The notes: generated by a model not told the origin, from the letters alone. Shown: positions 25,130 through 38,843, counted from the first letter of the whole stretch. The stretch is DNA of 63,753 bases, filler included, from Rhabdomonas costata (GCA_019059605.1; 54 parts of 54 records of this genome joined end to end with filler, not necessarily neighbours in it); one strand, 5' to 3'. Translations and numbers: made by a program.

Positions 25130-26356
25130 GAGATGTTTCAGTGTTGAACGAGTCGTCAGAAGCACACCTACTGTCATCGCCTAACAATGAGTCGCCTCCA
25201 ACAAGCTGCCTGCTTCCTTGCGTGTGTTGCGCATTGTACAGTAGTCCAGTTAGTGGGGTGGAGTCGTTAGAGGAATCACCAGGTGTGAGTCGGACGGAGT
25301 ACACACCGAAAACAGGGGGAAAATGTGATGGGAACCGACAAGCACTGTCATCAACGTGCTGTACGCCAGTGAAATGGAAGTCGGAAGTTTCAACTCAGAC
25401 ATCACTCCCCTTCCAAATACCGGCGTTTGCGAGAAGCGACGCTGGTACACTCATCAGCCCCACGACTAACGTGCGTTGGGTAGCTGTGTGACCACCTCCG
25501 GAATGCCAGCCGGAGTCTCTGCCGCGTGAATTACAGGCAGAGCCCCCGTTGGGCAACCTAATCTCGCTGTTTCGTGATTTGCTACCGGCGAAAGTGGGCA
25601 GTACTTTGCGGGCTTTTGAGCCATCGGCTGACATGCAAAGCGGAGCCTCCCCAAGACACCGAGTTGCGAGATGAAGTCGGTCACTCCGGTGAGCGTCTTG
25701 CCTTCGTTTCCTGTATCGAGGATGGAGAATGTGGAAGGACACACTGATGGTAGAGGGTGTGAGAAATGGCACTTTGACCAAAGACCTGAAGAATTGTTTC
25801 TTCCTGATTATTCATCAATCTTCCTCCCAACCCCTGAAACTACCGCAAAAACACCCTTCTGTACCATTCTTTCCCGGTGCTTCACGAACGAGTAGATGTT
25901 GGAAGTGACACACACGATCCACCAGCGNNNNNNNNNNNNNNNNNNNNNNNNNNNNNNNNNNNNNNNNNNNNTTAATTAATTAANNNNNNNNNNNNNNNNN
26001 NNNNNNNNNNNNNNNNNNNNNNNNNNNTGTTGTGTGTCTGACTTATATTTTGATTGGAGGATCGTAGAAGGTTGGCACTGTCTCTTCTTTTATTCGGATG
26101 GCGCTGTTGATTGCAAGGGTTATTTTCTCCAGTAGAAGGTCTCGCTGAAGGCTCTAGTTTTTGCACTGTGCCTGTGTGAGGCGAAGTCCGCTGAGCTGCA
26201 CAGTGATGTGAACAGGAAGGGAAACAGATTTCCGGCAGAGAGTGTATTACCAAGAATTCGGAACACATACGGCACTTTTTTTGTGTATGTGTGTTGTGCC
26301 CTAATTTTCAGATGGTTTCCCTTGTCTTCTTCGGTTTTGTGGCAGATTGTTTTTCC

Positions 26357-27020
26357 ATGGGCTCCCAGCTTTCCAAGGCAGCTTCGGCAGCATCGGCTTT
26401 CATGGCCGGGGAGAGAAGAGGGCTATATGGGGGCCTCGTCGGGGTAATGTTCGCCGTCTCCTCTCTTGAGCTGTATCTGGAGTACCGTGCGTACCGCCAA
26501 AGCGGGCGACATGAGGTAAGGCTTCAACCGACGCTCCCTTTTTTTTTACATCCTGGGGGCGCCCTCTCCTATTCCTTGGCCATTTTTTTTGCCGTCAGCG
26601 GTTGACATTTTTGCTTCCTCTTCGTTCTTGCAGAGAGTTTCGTAGAGGATATTAGCCATTAGCCCCTAATAGCTCCAATTGTCCCAATGTGCTGTATGGC
26701 GCAGTGCCGGTGCCAGCCACCTGCCTGCCAACGCTCTCCTTGTCTCACATAGTGCGTTCTGGAGCTGTGATGATATGTACCCCTCAGTTTGCCTGCATCT
26801 CCGCATCTCTAATCTCAACTTAGGTCATGTGGTCTTATTCAAAAGCGCTCCCTCGTGCACGTGAAGATGGGTGCGGATGGTGTGAACATGGTTCCGGATT
26901 GTCACGTTTAGCCTTACCTCTCCTCTCATACTTCAACATCGATCTGCAGATGTCACCGGAGGTCAAATCCCTGGTGACAGCGGAGGAGTTTTTGAAGGCC
27001 AAGGAGTACTCCAAGGACCA
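26357..27020 (+). CDS. STE24: CAAX prenyl protease 1 (M48) N-terminal fragment; exons 26357-26515 and 26950-~27020
   Basis: ...VMFAVSSLELYLEYRAYRQSGRHE|MSPEVKSLVTAEEFLKAKEYSKD matches the Ste24 ExYLxxR...PxxxxxxxxxExFxKxxxYSxD pattern; phase-0 GTAAG...CAG intron. Confidence 0.82.
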
Positions 27021-30000
27021 GTGTGCTTCCCTTTTGGCAACCCCCCCCTTCCCTCCCCTCTCCTGGTGCCATCTTCTCGAATCACATTATCAGAGCTCGC
27101 TGCATTTCTGNNNNNNNNNNNNNNNNNNNNNNNNNNNNNNNNNNNNNNNNNNNNTTAATTAATTAANNNNNNNNNNNNNNNNNNNNNNNNNNNNNNNNNN
27201 NNNNNNNNNNTGTTGTTGGGTGTTCGTCTCAATGGTTGTGTTTTTTGTTTGTGTAGAAGTTTGTGCGGTGGCCCTTGGATTTGGGTTTGCATTGCACAGA
27301 CACTCCCACGGCAGGCGCCGCCAGCCCCAGCCCTCTGCCGTGGGCACCCCCAACTGAGTCCAGGAAGTCCTTTCCGCAGCATGTGATTGCATCTGCTTCG
27401 CCTTGCTCCTCCTCTGCTCACCAGTACGCGCGTCTTTTTCTCTGCGGGATACAGCAGACTTGCTTTGCAAAGGAGTGACGAATTTCTGCTCGTTGGTAGT
27501 GCACCCGAGTGAAAGCAAAAGAATGATCTATTTTCACTTTTATTGTTACCCATCGTTCATTTCAGCGTCGTCGACTCCTTGTTGGGGTGTTTTGTGGTTT
27601 TCAAACACCCCTTTGCTTGCATCGTTAGTCGCCGTGGTCTTGGTGCGAGGCTGCAACTCGATCCCCCCACCCCCTGAACCACTTAACCCTACGTCTCTAA
27701 TCATTCCTTTGTGTGCTGCATTAGCCTTCTCCGTACGAGCAAGAGCGCGATTAGCAACTGTCCTTTACTTTGGCCTGTGGTGTGTGCAATCACGCTCAGC
27801 AGCGGAAGTTTCGATGGCTGTCAACCATGGCTGCATCGTCAGCTAACCCTTGCGAGACCCAGATTCTAATCCGCTGTGTACATCTCCCCCCATCCCTGCT
27901 AACCATTTCGTTGGTAATTGACCGTAACTTAGTGGCCTCATGTGTGTTATTTTGTTGTAAAGGAGAATTTATCGCATTGCCATGCGTACCCTGAACACGC
28001 TGGACTATTGCACCTTCGTAGTTATTTCTCTTTGGTAATTACCAAGAGTGATTACGGGACGAAGCCGAAACAGGCGTGCAGTTTTTTTTTTACAACTGGA
28101 GGCGCAATGCAGCCGGTTTGTTCACCCTAAGCTGTTGTGTGCGTACACCTTGCCCACACGTTTTTATCTTTTTTTCTAAAGCAGCCCCTCCGGGGCCTAC
28201 ATGGCTCGAGGCCCACGGAACTCACTGTGTACGGCTTTTTATGGCGCTTAGCACTATCGGAAATGCGCCATTAAGTTATGATGACCACACAAANNNNNNN
28301 NNNNNNNNNNNNNNNNNNNNNNNNNNNNNNNNNNNNNTTAATTAATTAANNNNNNNNNNNNNNNNNNNNNNNNNNNNNNNNNNNNNNNNNNNNGTGGGCG
28401 CGCGCGCACACACACACACACACCATCCCTCTCGCAGTATTCTTGCCAATAGGTATTTTCCGTAACCTCTCGTTTCCACTTGCCAACACAAATGCACGCC
28501 TGCCTTCGCCGATGTCTTACACGAACAGGGTGCAGTTTCTAAGCGAGGCCGAATCCAGCCATTACAAGGCCCTGGAAAAAATAGGCCCAAGCCCTGGAGG
28601 GGCTGCAGTTTGCGTCGTCAATGAAAAGGCCATGTCCAGCATCGACGCAGGACACAGGAAATGAGAAGAGAGGGCACACACGAACATTCCCCAAGGGGTT
28701 GTGGGCACTAAGAACAGAAGGGCAGGTTGACATTCACAAAACCTAGTCAGAGTGAGCACAATGACATTACAACACCTCTCAGTGGGTCTTCGCCAAGGTT
28801 ACTAAGGTCTCTCAATCTGCCTGTCATTTTGTTCTCCCTAACGAGCTTTCACCTCCCAAAATGTTGGTTCCCGAGGCCCAACTGCAAAATGCAGGTGTGA
28901 AGAGGGGCGTGAGTGGGTGAACCCTTGCCCTGGGAAAGCGGTGTTTCTCACTAAATGCCCGACTCAGGCCATTCCATTCCGTTATGGGGAGAAGCTCAAA
29001 CCCAGTCAGCCCAACCGTACAACTGTACAGTACCGCAACGTGGCTATCATGGAGGGGTCGGGCCGCTGAGTATCACCCTCGTCAAGTTTGACCCCCTGCC
29101 CTCCAGGTGGCCCACCCCAACCCTGGTCTAGTCCCTGCTAAGGAGGAGTACTCGGCGCATTTTCCAAAAGAAAAATCCAACGTGTATCCTCCGTCCGGTT
29201 ATCACACCCTTGCGGCCAGGGGGACGTACTGGCACATCTCCTTTTGATCTGTGCGCTTTCCTCTGTAGGATCCAAGTCTTCAAAATTGCTTGACGTGCCC
29301 TTCCGACTCATGTCCCCACGCACACGCACACAAACTCCTTGTGGGCCGTTAGTGCGGGATCATCTGCGAAGCGCAGAGCCATACCTCGAGAATAATCGTG
29401 TTCGGCAGCCACATGAATGAAAGGGTTGAAAAAACACCTCAGAGGCTTTACACGGCTGCGCAAACAAACCACCACCNNNNNNNNNNNNNNNNNNNNNNNN
29501 NNNNNNNNNNNNNNNNNNNNTTAATTAATTAANNNNNNNNNNNNNNNNNNNNNNNNNNNNNNNNNNNNNNNNNNNNGAAGGGGGGGGGGTATACGATGCA
29601 GCCCATCAAAAGTTGTGAAAGGTACGGCACCAAGGGTAACGCACACCCCGACCCATGATCCCATGTTCCACCTCCATGGTTGGCAATGTCAATCTGATCA
29701 AAGCTGCTAATCATCCGCCCTCAGCCAGCCTTGGGCCAAGTCAACCCCTTATGTATTCCGTGGGTTGACTGAGACGTGCTGTGATGAGGTGGACTTCCTG
29801 CTAATCTGCACAGGCCCGAGCTCGAAGCTGTAAACAAATAATTTTTCGCTCTTTTCCCCGCCTTTTCTGCAACCAGCTTGCAATGTGTCGAGTGTCTTCT
29901 ATGTATCGCGTCCGTTTGTCCATTTCAGTGATCGATGACAAAGCGAAAGAAGTAGCCTCATTATTGCAATTCGTTGGCCGTTTCTGATTGTGAGCTTTTT

Positions 30001-33000
30001 TCATTTTGTTTCAGGTGACTCATGCAGTTTGACGGCCAGCGTAAGCATCACTTCCCGTGCCACACTCTTTCGGTTTCTCGGTTTTCTTGCTTTCCGTGAG
30101 CAAAGCAGCTCTACCATTTGCTCTTCAGATGCGACCATTGCAAGCGGTACACGTGTGCGCCTTCTGTCAGCTTACATCACCCCTCGCAATCTATGTACCT
30201 TTCCTACTATTCATCCTCAGTTTGTACCCATGCGAAGTTGGAGTGGCGCGCATGTAAAACTCCGCCTTCCTTTCTTTCCCGACCTGTGCAAATGTGAATC
30301 ACGCAAGCCGCACTTTCTTCGCGTGGGCGCGTTCCCTGCATATACTTTTTGGTGTCTCGCCTGTGGGGGTCTCTCTTTCCGTTTGCGCACTTCGCTTATG
30401 AACCTGTGCAACGGCACTGCTATGGTAAAGTGAGCCTTGCGGCTTTGTACTACTACTGACAAAGGCAAAAACAGAAGTGCAGGGGGATTTGCAATCTCCA
30501 AAATGCCCAAATGCAGGTGCCGCGCTCCCTCTTTAAGACCTGGCCGAATGGTGGGGAACATGCGCAGTTGTGGTGTGTTTGTTGAGCAGGGTGTGAAAGA
30601 TCGAGATTCATAACCCCGGAAGGATATTCAGCCCAGTGCTTCTGGTTCACCCCCCCCCCNNNNNNNNNNNNNNNNNNNNNNNNNNNNNNNNNNNNNNNNN
30701 NNNTTAATTAATTAANNNNNNNNNNNNNNNNNNNNNNNNNNNNNNNNNNNNNNNNNNNNTTGTGTTGGTTAATCGTGCGCCGTTTTCTTTCTTTCGCGAT
30801 GCTGGAGGTCACGCCCTCGCAACTGCCACAGACATGCCCACGCGGTGCCTCCTCACTCTCCCTCCCCACTCACGTCCCGGACCATTTCTGTTACCTTCGG
30901 TTTTCCCTTCTGTGTTCCCGTGGTCGTGCTTTTGTGCTGTTTTCTTGTGCTTGCGGAGAGAAAACAAAAGTTTCCGAAGGAAACTTTCTGCAGCACGTTT
31001 TTTTTTAACTTATTGTTGTGCCCGCCCGCCCAATTTGTTGTCTGCGATGTGCGAAAACCTGGGTCACTTTGAACGCTGGCTTGATGCCTTCTATGTTCCC
31101 GTGGACGGCTTGCAGGGAGAAAACATAAGTTTCCGAAGGAAATTGCGAATTGGGAGGAGGGACCCCCCCCCGGATTTCAGCAGCAGATTTAATTTGTATT
31201 CACTCGCTTTGATTAGGATGCTGAGAAACAAGAAATCTAAAATCCACACCAGCTTCATCACCATCTCCTCAACCACAGCGTGGACGTAAACTCTTGCCCG
31301 CAAAGAATACCTGCAAAAAAAATCAGGACCCCGGCGAGAGCAAAAAAAAAAGAAACGCTCACTGGATCGAAAGCGCACGTCATGGCGAATACCCACGGAC
31401 ATGACGGTTACACGGAAACCAAATAAACTCCTGCCTGGGTGCCACCACGACAAATTTCAAGCACATTCCACCGATGAGAAGCCTCTCCGAAGCAACGTCC
31501 CAGGGGGCATGCACAGTTGGGAGGGGTCGCCCTCTAAACCGGGGTTAGAGGGCGTTAGACGTTAGACACACGTGTCCCCTGGGATTCCAATAGAAGCTTT
31601 GCAGGGGTTAGGAAGGCGACACACGGGTCCCCTGGGTTTCCAACAGAACCTTTGCAGGGGCGCGGGTTTCACGGATGTTAAACGTCTAACACCGTCAGGC
31701 GTCTGACGCTGTTAGAAGTCTAACGCCGCTCCCCCCCCCCCCTCAACTGTGCATGACCCGTCTCAGCTGCCCCTGGCGGGTCTCACGCTGAGACGGGTCT
31801 CACGCTGACGCGGTTCCGGCAAATTACCCAAAGCCAAGCAACNNNNNNNNNNNNNNNNNNNNNNNNNNNNNNNNNNNNNNNNNNNNTTAATTAATTAANN
31901 NNNNNNNNNNNNNNNNNNNNNNNNNNNNNNNNNNNNNNNNNNGGTTTTTGGTCTGCAGTCTGGTTGTGTGCACGCATTCCACTTCCATGCGGCCTTCCTC
32001 CCGTGGCATGGCTCTCTGTCTCACCCGGTGTCTTCCACCTCTGTCACTCTATCGTCCATCCGTCTCTCACCTGGACCTACTCTGCTCTGCTCTCTCTCCC
32101 AGCTGTGGATAGGTAGCCTGACCTAGCGTTTGGCCAGGAGATGGTTCACGAGAGGCTGAGATCCGTCTCCGCTCACCTTGTCGGCTCTCTGAAATCTCTA
32201 TGAAACCTCTGGAAACTAGTCTCTGGAAACACCTTGATGTCCTGGATGTCTACCTCTGCAATGATGGAATGAGGAACACCTTGGTGACCTGTAACGTTAC
32301 ACGCTCATATTCTAGGGCGTAGAACGTCCCAACAGAAGGGCGACGTCCTATCACTCATGAAGGTCCAGCTCTGGAAAACTGTGGAAAATCACCTGTGTAA
32401 ACTCTTCCTCTGGAACATCTCTGCACCAGATCTCCTTCCACTCACTTTGCAACACGCAGACAACACACGCTCTGGAAAGACACCACATCACGCAACACGT
32501 TCTGGAAACACGCCACATACCCTCTGGAAACACCACGCAACCGCGCACACATCTGGAATCACAATCAGCATAGCACATCTCTTGAATCAGTCACAAAACC
32601 TGAGCTCTGATCCACACCATCTGTGGAAAAGATCTTCCATCTATGAAACTTTCTAAAACCTCAACCATGTGGGGGTCAAAAATATGTTAGGTACTTGCTC
32701 AGCAAGTCTTCTCCGCTCCCTGTGTACACAGCTCCTCTGCCTTTTATACACGTAACGGCCTGATCATGTGGAACTCTGGATTCAACCACCTTACTTGAAT
32801 ATTCTATGAACTCCATGTCAATCACCATAAACCTCTCTGGATTGTCTAACTGGGTATTTACAAAACCATCAACTTTGGAACTGTCTCTGGAGCCGCCTTG
32901 GGCACTGCACTCTCTGTGGAAGTCGAGGGCGTGGCTCTGGCCACCCATGTCCTTGTGGTTCCCGTCCATTGCTGTGCATTACCTCCTCTGGGAGGTTTCA

Positions 33001-36000
33001 CCCCACCCCAAACTCACCCAACTCANNNNNNNNNNNNNNNNNNNNNNNNNNNNNNNNNNNNNNNNNNNNTTAATTAATTAANNNNNNNNNNNNNNNNNNN
33101 NNNNNNNNNNNNNNNNNNNNNNNNNGTGTGTGTGTGGAACTGCCAAATACAATAACTGTTACAATTACTATTGGAGCCCCTTTGTGGTGTTGTTTGCAAG
33201 CTGTGCTCCTTTATGCTCCTTTTTTCCTTTTCGGGGTGCTTCTTCTGTGCATAGTGCTCTTTTGGGACTCCGCAGACCAGTGTTTCGGAAGGCCCACTGT
33301 ATATACAAAAGAACCCGGGCCCTTTGGCTTCGCCCTCTCTTTCGTTTTTCACTGCAGCCCAGTGCATTGTTAATTGTTGTGGCAGTCCAGCAGAAGCTGT
33401 TCAAATTTAGCACCGTGAGCCCTCAAACAAAAATGCTCGGAAAGCTCGGACATTTCTCATCGCGCTCCAAAAAGCATATCAAACCACCCACATTTACGCT
33501 GTACAGTACACACACCGACCATCACGCTGCAGTCCCATACGTTAACGGAACGTACCGACAGCTGCCGCAAACAGAGGCCCTATCCATGAAAAAAAATAGA
33601 GCCCCTGCTCGAAACCTGCATCGTCCTCACCGCATCTTCCACCGCTTGCTGTACGACATCGCCGAAAAGTCATCCAGGGCTTTGTCGTAGGGGGACGATG
33701 GGGCCACAGTGTGAGCGGGCGAGGCAGCCGGGGTGGCCACCGAGCCTGCGTTGCCCCCGGAAGGGGAAGGGGAAGGGTCTGGGGCCCACCCCGCAAGGCT
33801 GCCGGTGCTTCCACCACTGAGGCGGGTGCCCCCACTGCGGCTGCTGCTACCTGTGCTCCACCGGGAAGGGATAGATCGTGGGCTTTGTTGGGGAAGAGCG
33901 GAGGAGACCGCCGTACTGGGAAGCTGCTCACCGCACACCATGCTCATGATGGACAGGAAAGGGGCCATCGCACTGAGGATGGAATGGGGGCTTAATTAAC
34001 AAGAAAGAGGGAAGGTAGGACGGAGTGGACCGACGATTTCCAACCCAGCAGTGGCGCTGTGGCTGCCTCTGGGCCACCGAGCCCGATAGGAGATCACGTC
34101 TTAAATTGGGGGCACGACAACATCGGCCTTCGTCTCTCAGTTCGCTTGTGTGCTTTCTCTTTGGCTGTGGCGGGCCACATAATCAAAAAACCCNNNNNNN
34201 NNNNNNNNNNNNNNNNNNNNNNNNNNNNNNNNNNNNNTTAATTAATTAANNNNNNNNNNNNNNNNNNNNNNNNNNNNNNNNNNNNNNNNNNNNGGGTGTG
34301 TGGAGAGGCGAAGTGTTACAGGCAGATGCGGTCATCTTTGGGCTGGAGTAGGTTTTTCGCGGGAAAGTGTTGGGTATTTACCGTCTTTTCTTCACTTCAA
34401 ATTCCTATCTTGTTGGCGTTTGTTTACCATAGTAGATTGCTTTTTGTTACGTGATACTAGTCTAATTTTTTGGCCGGCTGTGGCTTCGTTGAGTTGACTA
34501 ACACAATCCTCCTGTTGTCCTGTTGGTTAGTTGGATTGCATGCCGTGGAAGCATGTTCCCGGATTTCGATCATTCAGTTCCTTTCGGATTAAGCATCTTG
34601 CTGATGGAAGAATTTATTCTGCTCTTGATTGTTTGCGGCGGATGCTGTGCGGTCAGACTGGGCAAGACGCCGTTCTTTCGGTCAGCATTCGTAACATACG
34701 CACAGAAAAAGAATAACGGATACCTTTCTTTTCTCGTACTGGTTCTTCAGCCGGATGGGAATGCGCCACCTGTGTGCAGCGAGTTGGTGCGGCACAAAGC
34801 CCTGGACGTATCGGCTTACTCTTCGACGTTTTAGAAGAAGAGGTTCCAACCGCCAACTCCCAATTTCCCGTAATCCCCATTCCCCTGCTTTCATGATGAG
34901 CGATTGTGCATACGCTCGTATGCTATGTGGGTGCGTGTGCATTTTTGCAGGTCCTCGTGATGATGCAGCTGTGATATCAGCGAAACATAATTTCCCACGA
35001 AAGTGGTGGGTCCGCCCTCCACGGGCAGAACCTTTTTTCTTGAGAACGAGTTTGCTCTGCCAGATGGTCCGCAGAGCACGCGGGCGTATCTTTACGATGC
35101 TTTGGCCTTCACCAGGGTAGAACAGGGCCATGTGATTTTGATGTGGGTTTTCTGGGTTTCCAAACTTTGCGTTGATCTTGCTCGACAACTGCTCTGAGCT
35201 GCTGGTAACCATTGGCGGATACATTCGCCATTTGCACACATTTTGGGGCTCTTTTGTGCATTTCCAGTCTAGCAGCTGGCTTAGCGGTGCTTTCATTCGT
35301 CTTATTGTAGTCTTGCGTTTTTGAATAAGATCTAAATCACATGGCCCTGTTCTACCCTGGTGAAGGCCAAAACTAANNNNNNNNNNNNNNNNNNNNNNNN
35401 NNNNNNNNNNNNNNNNNNNNTTAATTAATTAANNNNNNNNNNNNNNNNNNNNNNNNNNNNNNNNNNNNNNNNNNNNGTGTTGGGTGTGTGTGGTTGGTGT
35501 GGTCATAGCACAGGGCTTGGCAGAAGTACTCCAGAGAGGTCAGGTCGGGGGAGACCTCCGCGCACCCTCGAAGCACTGCCATTGTGTCCTTTGAAAGTCA
35601 ACAGGGAAGGAAGGAGACTGCGGCGATAAGCTGTTGGCTGCTCGTTCCGGACGCCTTTCCTTTTCAGGGTTCCTCGTCCCCGCCCCCGTTCCTCCCCGGG
35701 TGGTGTTCTTTGGTGTCTAGTGTATGGTGTAGTTAAATTTGGTGTCTTGTTCGTGTTTAATCGCTTTCCCAGGCGGTGTTAGATTAAGGTCTCTTTCGAC
35801 CTACAGTTGTTTCTTCCCACTGACCCCGACCCACCTTCTCACTGCTTTGCTGCCTCCCAATTACCCCGTCACCTTAACCGAGTTTCCATTTCCATCTTGG
35901 CATCTAAGTGTGGCTCAGTGTATTTAGTGTGTTTTATGGACTTTCTTTTTTCTCTTATTGCACACGTCTTTGCCTTTTTAGAGTTCTGCTGGGAGGTGGG

Positions 36001-36293
36001 GCCCTGCAGGCCTTACCTAAACTCGTCCACTCATACTTTTCCCACCCAAAACAAGGCAAGCAAGGAAACACGGCACCGCAAGCAAACACAAGCACTGAAC
36101 CATTCACCTTTCCCTCATGAGATGGCGCCCCGGTTCGAAACAAAAAATGAACTCCGTGTGTCGGTCCAGCGTCCAGCGGTGCTTCGTGGGCATTTTCCGC
36201 AAGGACTAGGGGGTAAAAGGAACTTTGAGCAGACGCAAACATACATCGCTCGGTGAATGGGATTCTAACATTTGGCTGGGGGGGATGGAACTC

Positions 36294-36298
<5 letters not shown>

Positions 36299-36332
<34 letters not shown>
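36299..36332. repeat. (GA)n microsatellite
   Basis: Perfect GA run seen directly. Confidence 0.95.
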
Positions 36333-36335
<3 letters not shown>

Positions 36336-37056
36336 ACAGCAGGGCGGGCACCCTGGTGAAAGCAGGCGGGACAGGCACCTGGAGCAACGAACGGCTCGCG
36401 GGAACCCTAAACCGGGGTGAGTGGAAAGAAAGCTGAAGACCTGCCGGCCCTGACAACCCCATCCACTCCCTCAAAGAACGACAAGCACGCATACAAAACC
36501 GCACAGAAAGTCTAAGAAACTAAGACGGCTGGCGATGCGGGATGGTGGGGAGGGGGGGGNNNNNNNNNNNNNNNNNNNNNNNNNNNNNNNNNNNNNNNNN
36601 NNNTTAATTAATTAANNNNNNNNNNNNNNNNNNNNNNNNNNNNNNNNNNNNNNNNNNNNGTGTTTTGTTTTCAGACTTTTTCTGCGCCCCCCTGCCTGCC
36701 CTTCCGGAGTCCGGAGTGGATGTGGGCCCCTGGCTTACTCTGCATTTGTGTTTTGTTGCGAGCTTTCAGCGGAATACGCTTGGAAGCAGCCAGCGTGTAT
36801 CGTCTCAGTGAGGGCGTTTTAATGTGATACAATTTATCTCAAGAGTCGGGTTTTTCGCGGTGGAAAACTATCCTGTGCTTTCCGCTTTTTCGGACCTTTC
36901 TTGGGTATCAAAAGTAAATTTGAAAAAAAAAGTTGCGGGGGATGTTTACATTGCAGACAATCTTATCCATTTGCTAACACAATCACCTCTCTCTCTACCC
37001 ATACCTCGCGCCGATTACAATTCACTCAAGAATTTTCCTTGCAACATTGCCCTCAG

Positions 37057-37150
37057 GTGAGAAGCCCCGTGGGGAAGGGTTTGTGCAGTTTGCAGACGAG
37101 GCCACCGTTGTGGCCGCGCTTGCTGCGGACAAGAAAACCATCGGCACCAG
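37057..37150 (+). CDS. Exon of an hnRNP F/H-like quasi-RRM protein
   Basis: GEKPRGEGFVQFADEATVVAALAADKKTIGTR resembles the GxxxGEAFVQF...ALxxxKxxIGxR motif; CAG/GT boundaries. Confidence 0.8.
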
Positions 37151-38386
37151 GTCCTGTACATTGGAATGGCACCGGTTGTGGGGAGAGGCATGCATCCCAT
37201 TTGAATCCGACAATACGCTCCTTCCCACACGCGAACCCCTCCCTCCTCCTCCGCGCACTTGCAGCGATGAATCCTGGTTCCTGTGGCACACTTTGAGCCT
37301 AACGTCTGGATTGCCGCAAACCTCACTTTGCCTTGGTTTTAGGGGTGGGCATGGTTGTGCCCTTGGCTAACATGTCTGCTGTCTCCACGATGGTCTCTTT
37401 CCTGTGTGGGTGTTGACTTGAATGGGCTTGAAATGGGAATGTGGGGTTTGGTTATGCACAGTTTTGGCAAAGTTGCTTCTTCGGTCCCACTTCTTCTCTG
37501 CTACTTCTCCTCTCCCCCGTTTTCCTTCCCTTCCCAGTGGTGCAAGTGCGCAAAGGTTGCGGTGGACTCGAACAAATGTCCGAAAGTATGGATGGAAGCT
37601 CATGTGCAGATTGGTTTCCCCGGCATATGCACGGAAGCTTCTGTTCCTCTATGTTCATTCAAATAGCAACTACTGGAGCGGTATCGGTCCTTGTTTCTTT
37701 CTGCATTTTTGCTCCTCTGTCGGTGGGCAAGCCCCCAAAAAANNNNNNNNNNNNNNNNNNNNNNNNNNNNNNNNNNNNNNNNNNNNTTAATTAATTAANN
37801 NNNNNNNNNNNNNNNNNNNNNNNNNNNNNNNNNNNNNNNNNNGGGGGTTTGGTACCCGGATCATTTGCTCCACACTGTCAAGGTGGTTGCAACGAAGCGG
37901 CGCCTTCGGTTGTGCCGTAGGCGCGGGGTTTGGTACCCGGATCATTTGCTCCACACTGTCAAGGTGGTTCCACTGGACCCCGGCGGCAGATATCGTGGTA
38001 TACTCCCTGCTCGGCAACCACTTCCGCTTCCTTACGCGGGTGTTGGAACCACTTCTAGGCCCTGGGTGGGTTAGCTGTCCGGAGTTGCACATGCCCGGCT
38101 GCCGTTCACAGCACTGTGGTGTTATCGTTGGGGGGTGTGTGATCGAACACCCGGAGTGTGCAAATCCAATGTGCCCATTCGGGGCATTCGGAAATTTTGA
38201 TGGTTGTGCGCGGAAATTTTTACAGACTGCGTTTACCCATGACCGCTGCCACTGTGTGGGGTGGGTGGGCATAGAGGATCATACGTGGCGTCCCACACGG
38301 TGTCATCGTACTGAACTGGGGTGTGGTAATCGATTTTCACTTCATCAGAAACTTCGAAATCTGGAAGTGTGTTAACACAAAAAACT

Positions 38387-38843
38387 TTACCCTCGAATTA
38401 GCGAATGAATAAATGGCACAACTGGATTATTGGACCAACCACAGGAGGAATAAAAATGAACATGCCTAACAGCGTCCAACAGGCACAAAAAAGGGTCAGC
38501 GTCAACAGGGAGATTGTATCTCCACAAAAAATCCTTCATATTGTCCCACAAGAGGTGATCTTTGATCCCTCCGCGAGAGTTGATCCAGGTCTTGAGGCGG
38601 CCCCAGCAACCGTCGATCCCATTGGTGTGGACCCTGCGGACCTTACCGTCCACAGTAGCAGACTTGGCGCAGAAACCGTTTCCACGATTGACGTAATCGT
38701 GGAAAAAGCCCGCATTTTTGGCCACAACAGCGTAACAGCGAGCTCCATCAGTGAATAGAATAGAGCCCTTCTTGATCTTTGCGAGGCAGAGAGATTCCAC
38801 ATCTTCCACACTAGGAGGACCAAACCTGCTCTCTAGTTGAACA
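38387..38843 (-). mobile_element. Second Merlin/IS1595-family transposase remnant (C-terminal catalytic half)
   Basis: RFGPP...IKKGSILFTDGARCY...HDYVNR...VHTNGIDGCWGRLK...FLWRYN...DPFL; the VNH motif is degraded to VNR. Confidence 0.88.

Noticed and set aside
25466-25744. ILDTG as a retroviral-type aspartic protease motif
   Set aside because: Single short motif with no supporting downstream protease or pol motifs.
31923-33024. Contig rich in CTCTGGAA-like words, possible retroelement gag
   Set aside because: No recognisable domain or clean long ORF; cannot be supported without a search.
37843-37969. 45-bp direct repeat at contig start
   Set aside because: Only two copies, one flush with the G/T-rich contig end; likely an amplification or assembly duplication rather than an array.
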